DNA from: an uncultured Candidatus Bathyarchaeia archaeon
GTDB taxonomy: Archaea > Thermoproteota > Bathyarchaeia > Bathyarchaeales > Bathycorpusculaceae
Direction: 5' to 3'
DNA length: 64,000 bases
NCBI GenBank assembly: GCA_964616775.1
Contig: CAZTRN010000002.1
Location: forward strand, 45,367-109,366
The translations under genes and the position numbers were made by a program. Shown piece by piece: positions 63,397 through 64,000 of the stretch (its first letter is position 1; every line of letters begins with the position of its first letter). The notes below the pieces were generated by a model that was given only the letters and a program-made list of their open reading frames with translations, made no database searches and was not told the DNA's origin.

Positions 63397-64000
63397 CTAC
63401 TCTGCAGTTGTGCCGCTAACATTCCAGTTTGCTGTTGTGTATTTTTCTTTGTAAAGCTTTTGGGCAAGCTCTTGCTCGTGCACAGTCAAATCATGACCAA
63501 CCGTTTGCACATTCTCTATTACCTGAATGTTCAACGCCACCGCAAACCCATGAGCAATAGTGTTAGCCACCGTTTCAGGCGTTACCGAATGCCCCAACTC
63601 ACCCGCCAGACTGGTAATTTTGTCTTTAGCCACATTCACAGCGTCCGTATAACTGTTTGCCCAAGGCACGCGAAGAATCGAAAACATACGCGACAAATCC
63701 ACATCCAATAGCAATGTACCATGTTGAAGAACCACACTTCCTTTGTTTGCTTGGGCGCTTCCACTGATTTTTTTCCCATGAACCGTAAGGTTAGGGCAAT
63801 TTTTAGCAGTGCCAGGACTGTAATCGGTTTGGATGCCAAACATGCCTAGTGCCTGACTTATGGCGGCGTAGATGCGGCTGTAGACATCGGTTATGTCTTT
63901 AGCGCCAAGACCCTCAGTTTTTGCTATGACACTATACGTTAATTCATGGTCTGCATCATGGAAAACGGTGCCGCCGCCGCTTATTCTTCGCACAACGTCT
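63397..64000 (-). CDS. lplA: lipoate-protein ligase (BPL/LplA/LipB catalytic domain), N-terminus outside window
   Basis: RR.SGGG.V.HD pattern (RRISGGGTVFHD) and the lipoyl-AMP lysine context GKKISGSAQ. The frame is open to the window edge. Confidence 0.75.
   Translation of the reverse strand, partial: DVVRRISGGGTVFHDADHELTYSVIAKTEGLGAKDITDVYSRIYAAISQALGMFGIQTDYSPGTAKNCPNLTVHGKKISGSAQANKGSVVLQHGTLLLDVDLSRMFSILRVPWANSYTDAVNVAKDKITSLAGELGHSVTPETVANTIAHGFAVALNIQVIENVQTVGHDLTVHEQELAQKLYKEKYTTANWNVSGTTAE

Overview
The window looks like archaeal chromosomal DNA. This rests on gene content (TrmY, Trm1, TrmB- and Bat-type HTH regulators, ADP-forming acetyl-CoA synthetase, tungsten-type AOR, Hdr/Mvh-like hydrogenase, an F420-type LLM oxidoreductase) and on BRE/TATA-like promoters with oligo-T stops. 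The mix resembles an anaerobic, non-methanogenic lineage such as Bathyarchaeia, but that is inference only. All family calls come from reading motifs in the ORF translations by eye; no searches were run. I support about 60 protein genes, 2 tRNAs and 1 integrase remnant. The layout is as follows. (i) 1-8.3 kb holds housekeeping and sensor genes. (ii) 8.3-12.9 kb is a visibly AT-richer block of paralogous membrane-anchored surface proteins, flanked by tRNA-Thr, tRNA-Pro and a tyrosine-recombinase fragment. (iii) 12.9-27 kb holds sensor modules and three PQQ-type beta-propeller surface proteins, two of them about 1000 aa. (iv) 27-40 kb holds mixed metabolism (purA, hcp, glyA, serA) and several tiny RHH or zinc-ribbon genes. 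(v) 40.6-55.4 kb is a long minus-strand redox block: OtsAB fusion, two AOR+polyferredoxin pairs, hydrogenase protease, [NiFe] hydrogenase large and small subunits, HdrB/HdrC-like genes, and a Pat-like ACS-GNAT fusion. (vi) 55.7-64 kb is housekeeping (HAD hydrolases, proC, trm1, cysS, lplA). The most interesting signal is non-coding. A ~210-bp unit occurs twice (60893-61101 and 61561-61770). Each copy has a near-consensus BRE/TATA promoter, three invariant blocks and an oligo-T end. Two internal segments differ completely in sequence between the copies, yet stay complementary to each other within each copy. This fits an unannotated ~145-nt structured RNA present as two paralogs. Other points: a tRNA-Thr(CGU) with intact stems but a non-canonical D-loop/T-loop elbow, an hdrCB-hydrogenase operon with no hdrA or mvhD in the window, and conserved signal-peptide coding sequence upstream of any ATG/GTG/TTG in the two giant PQQ genes.
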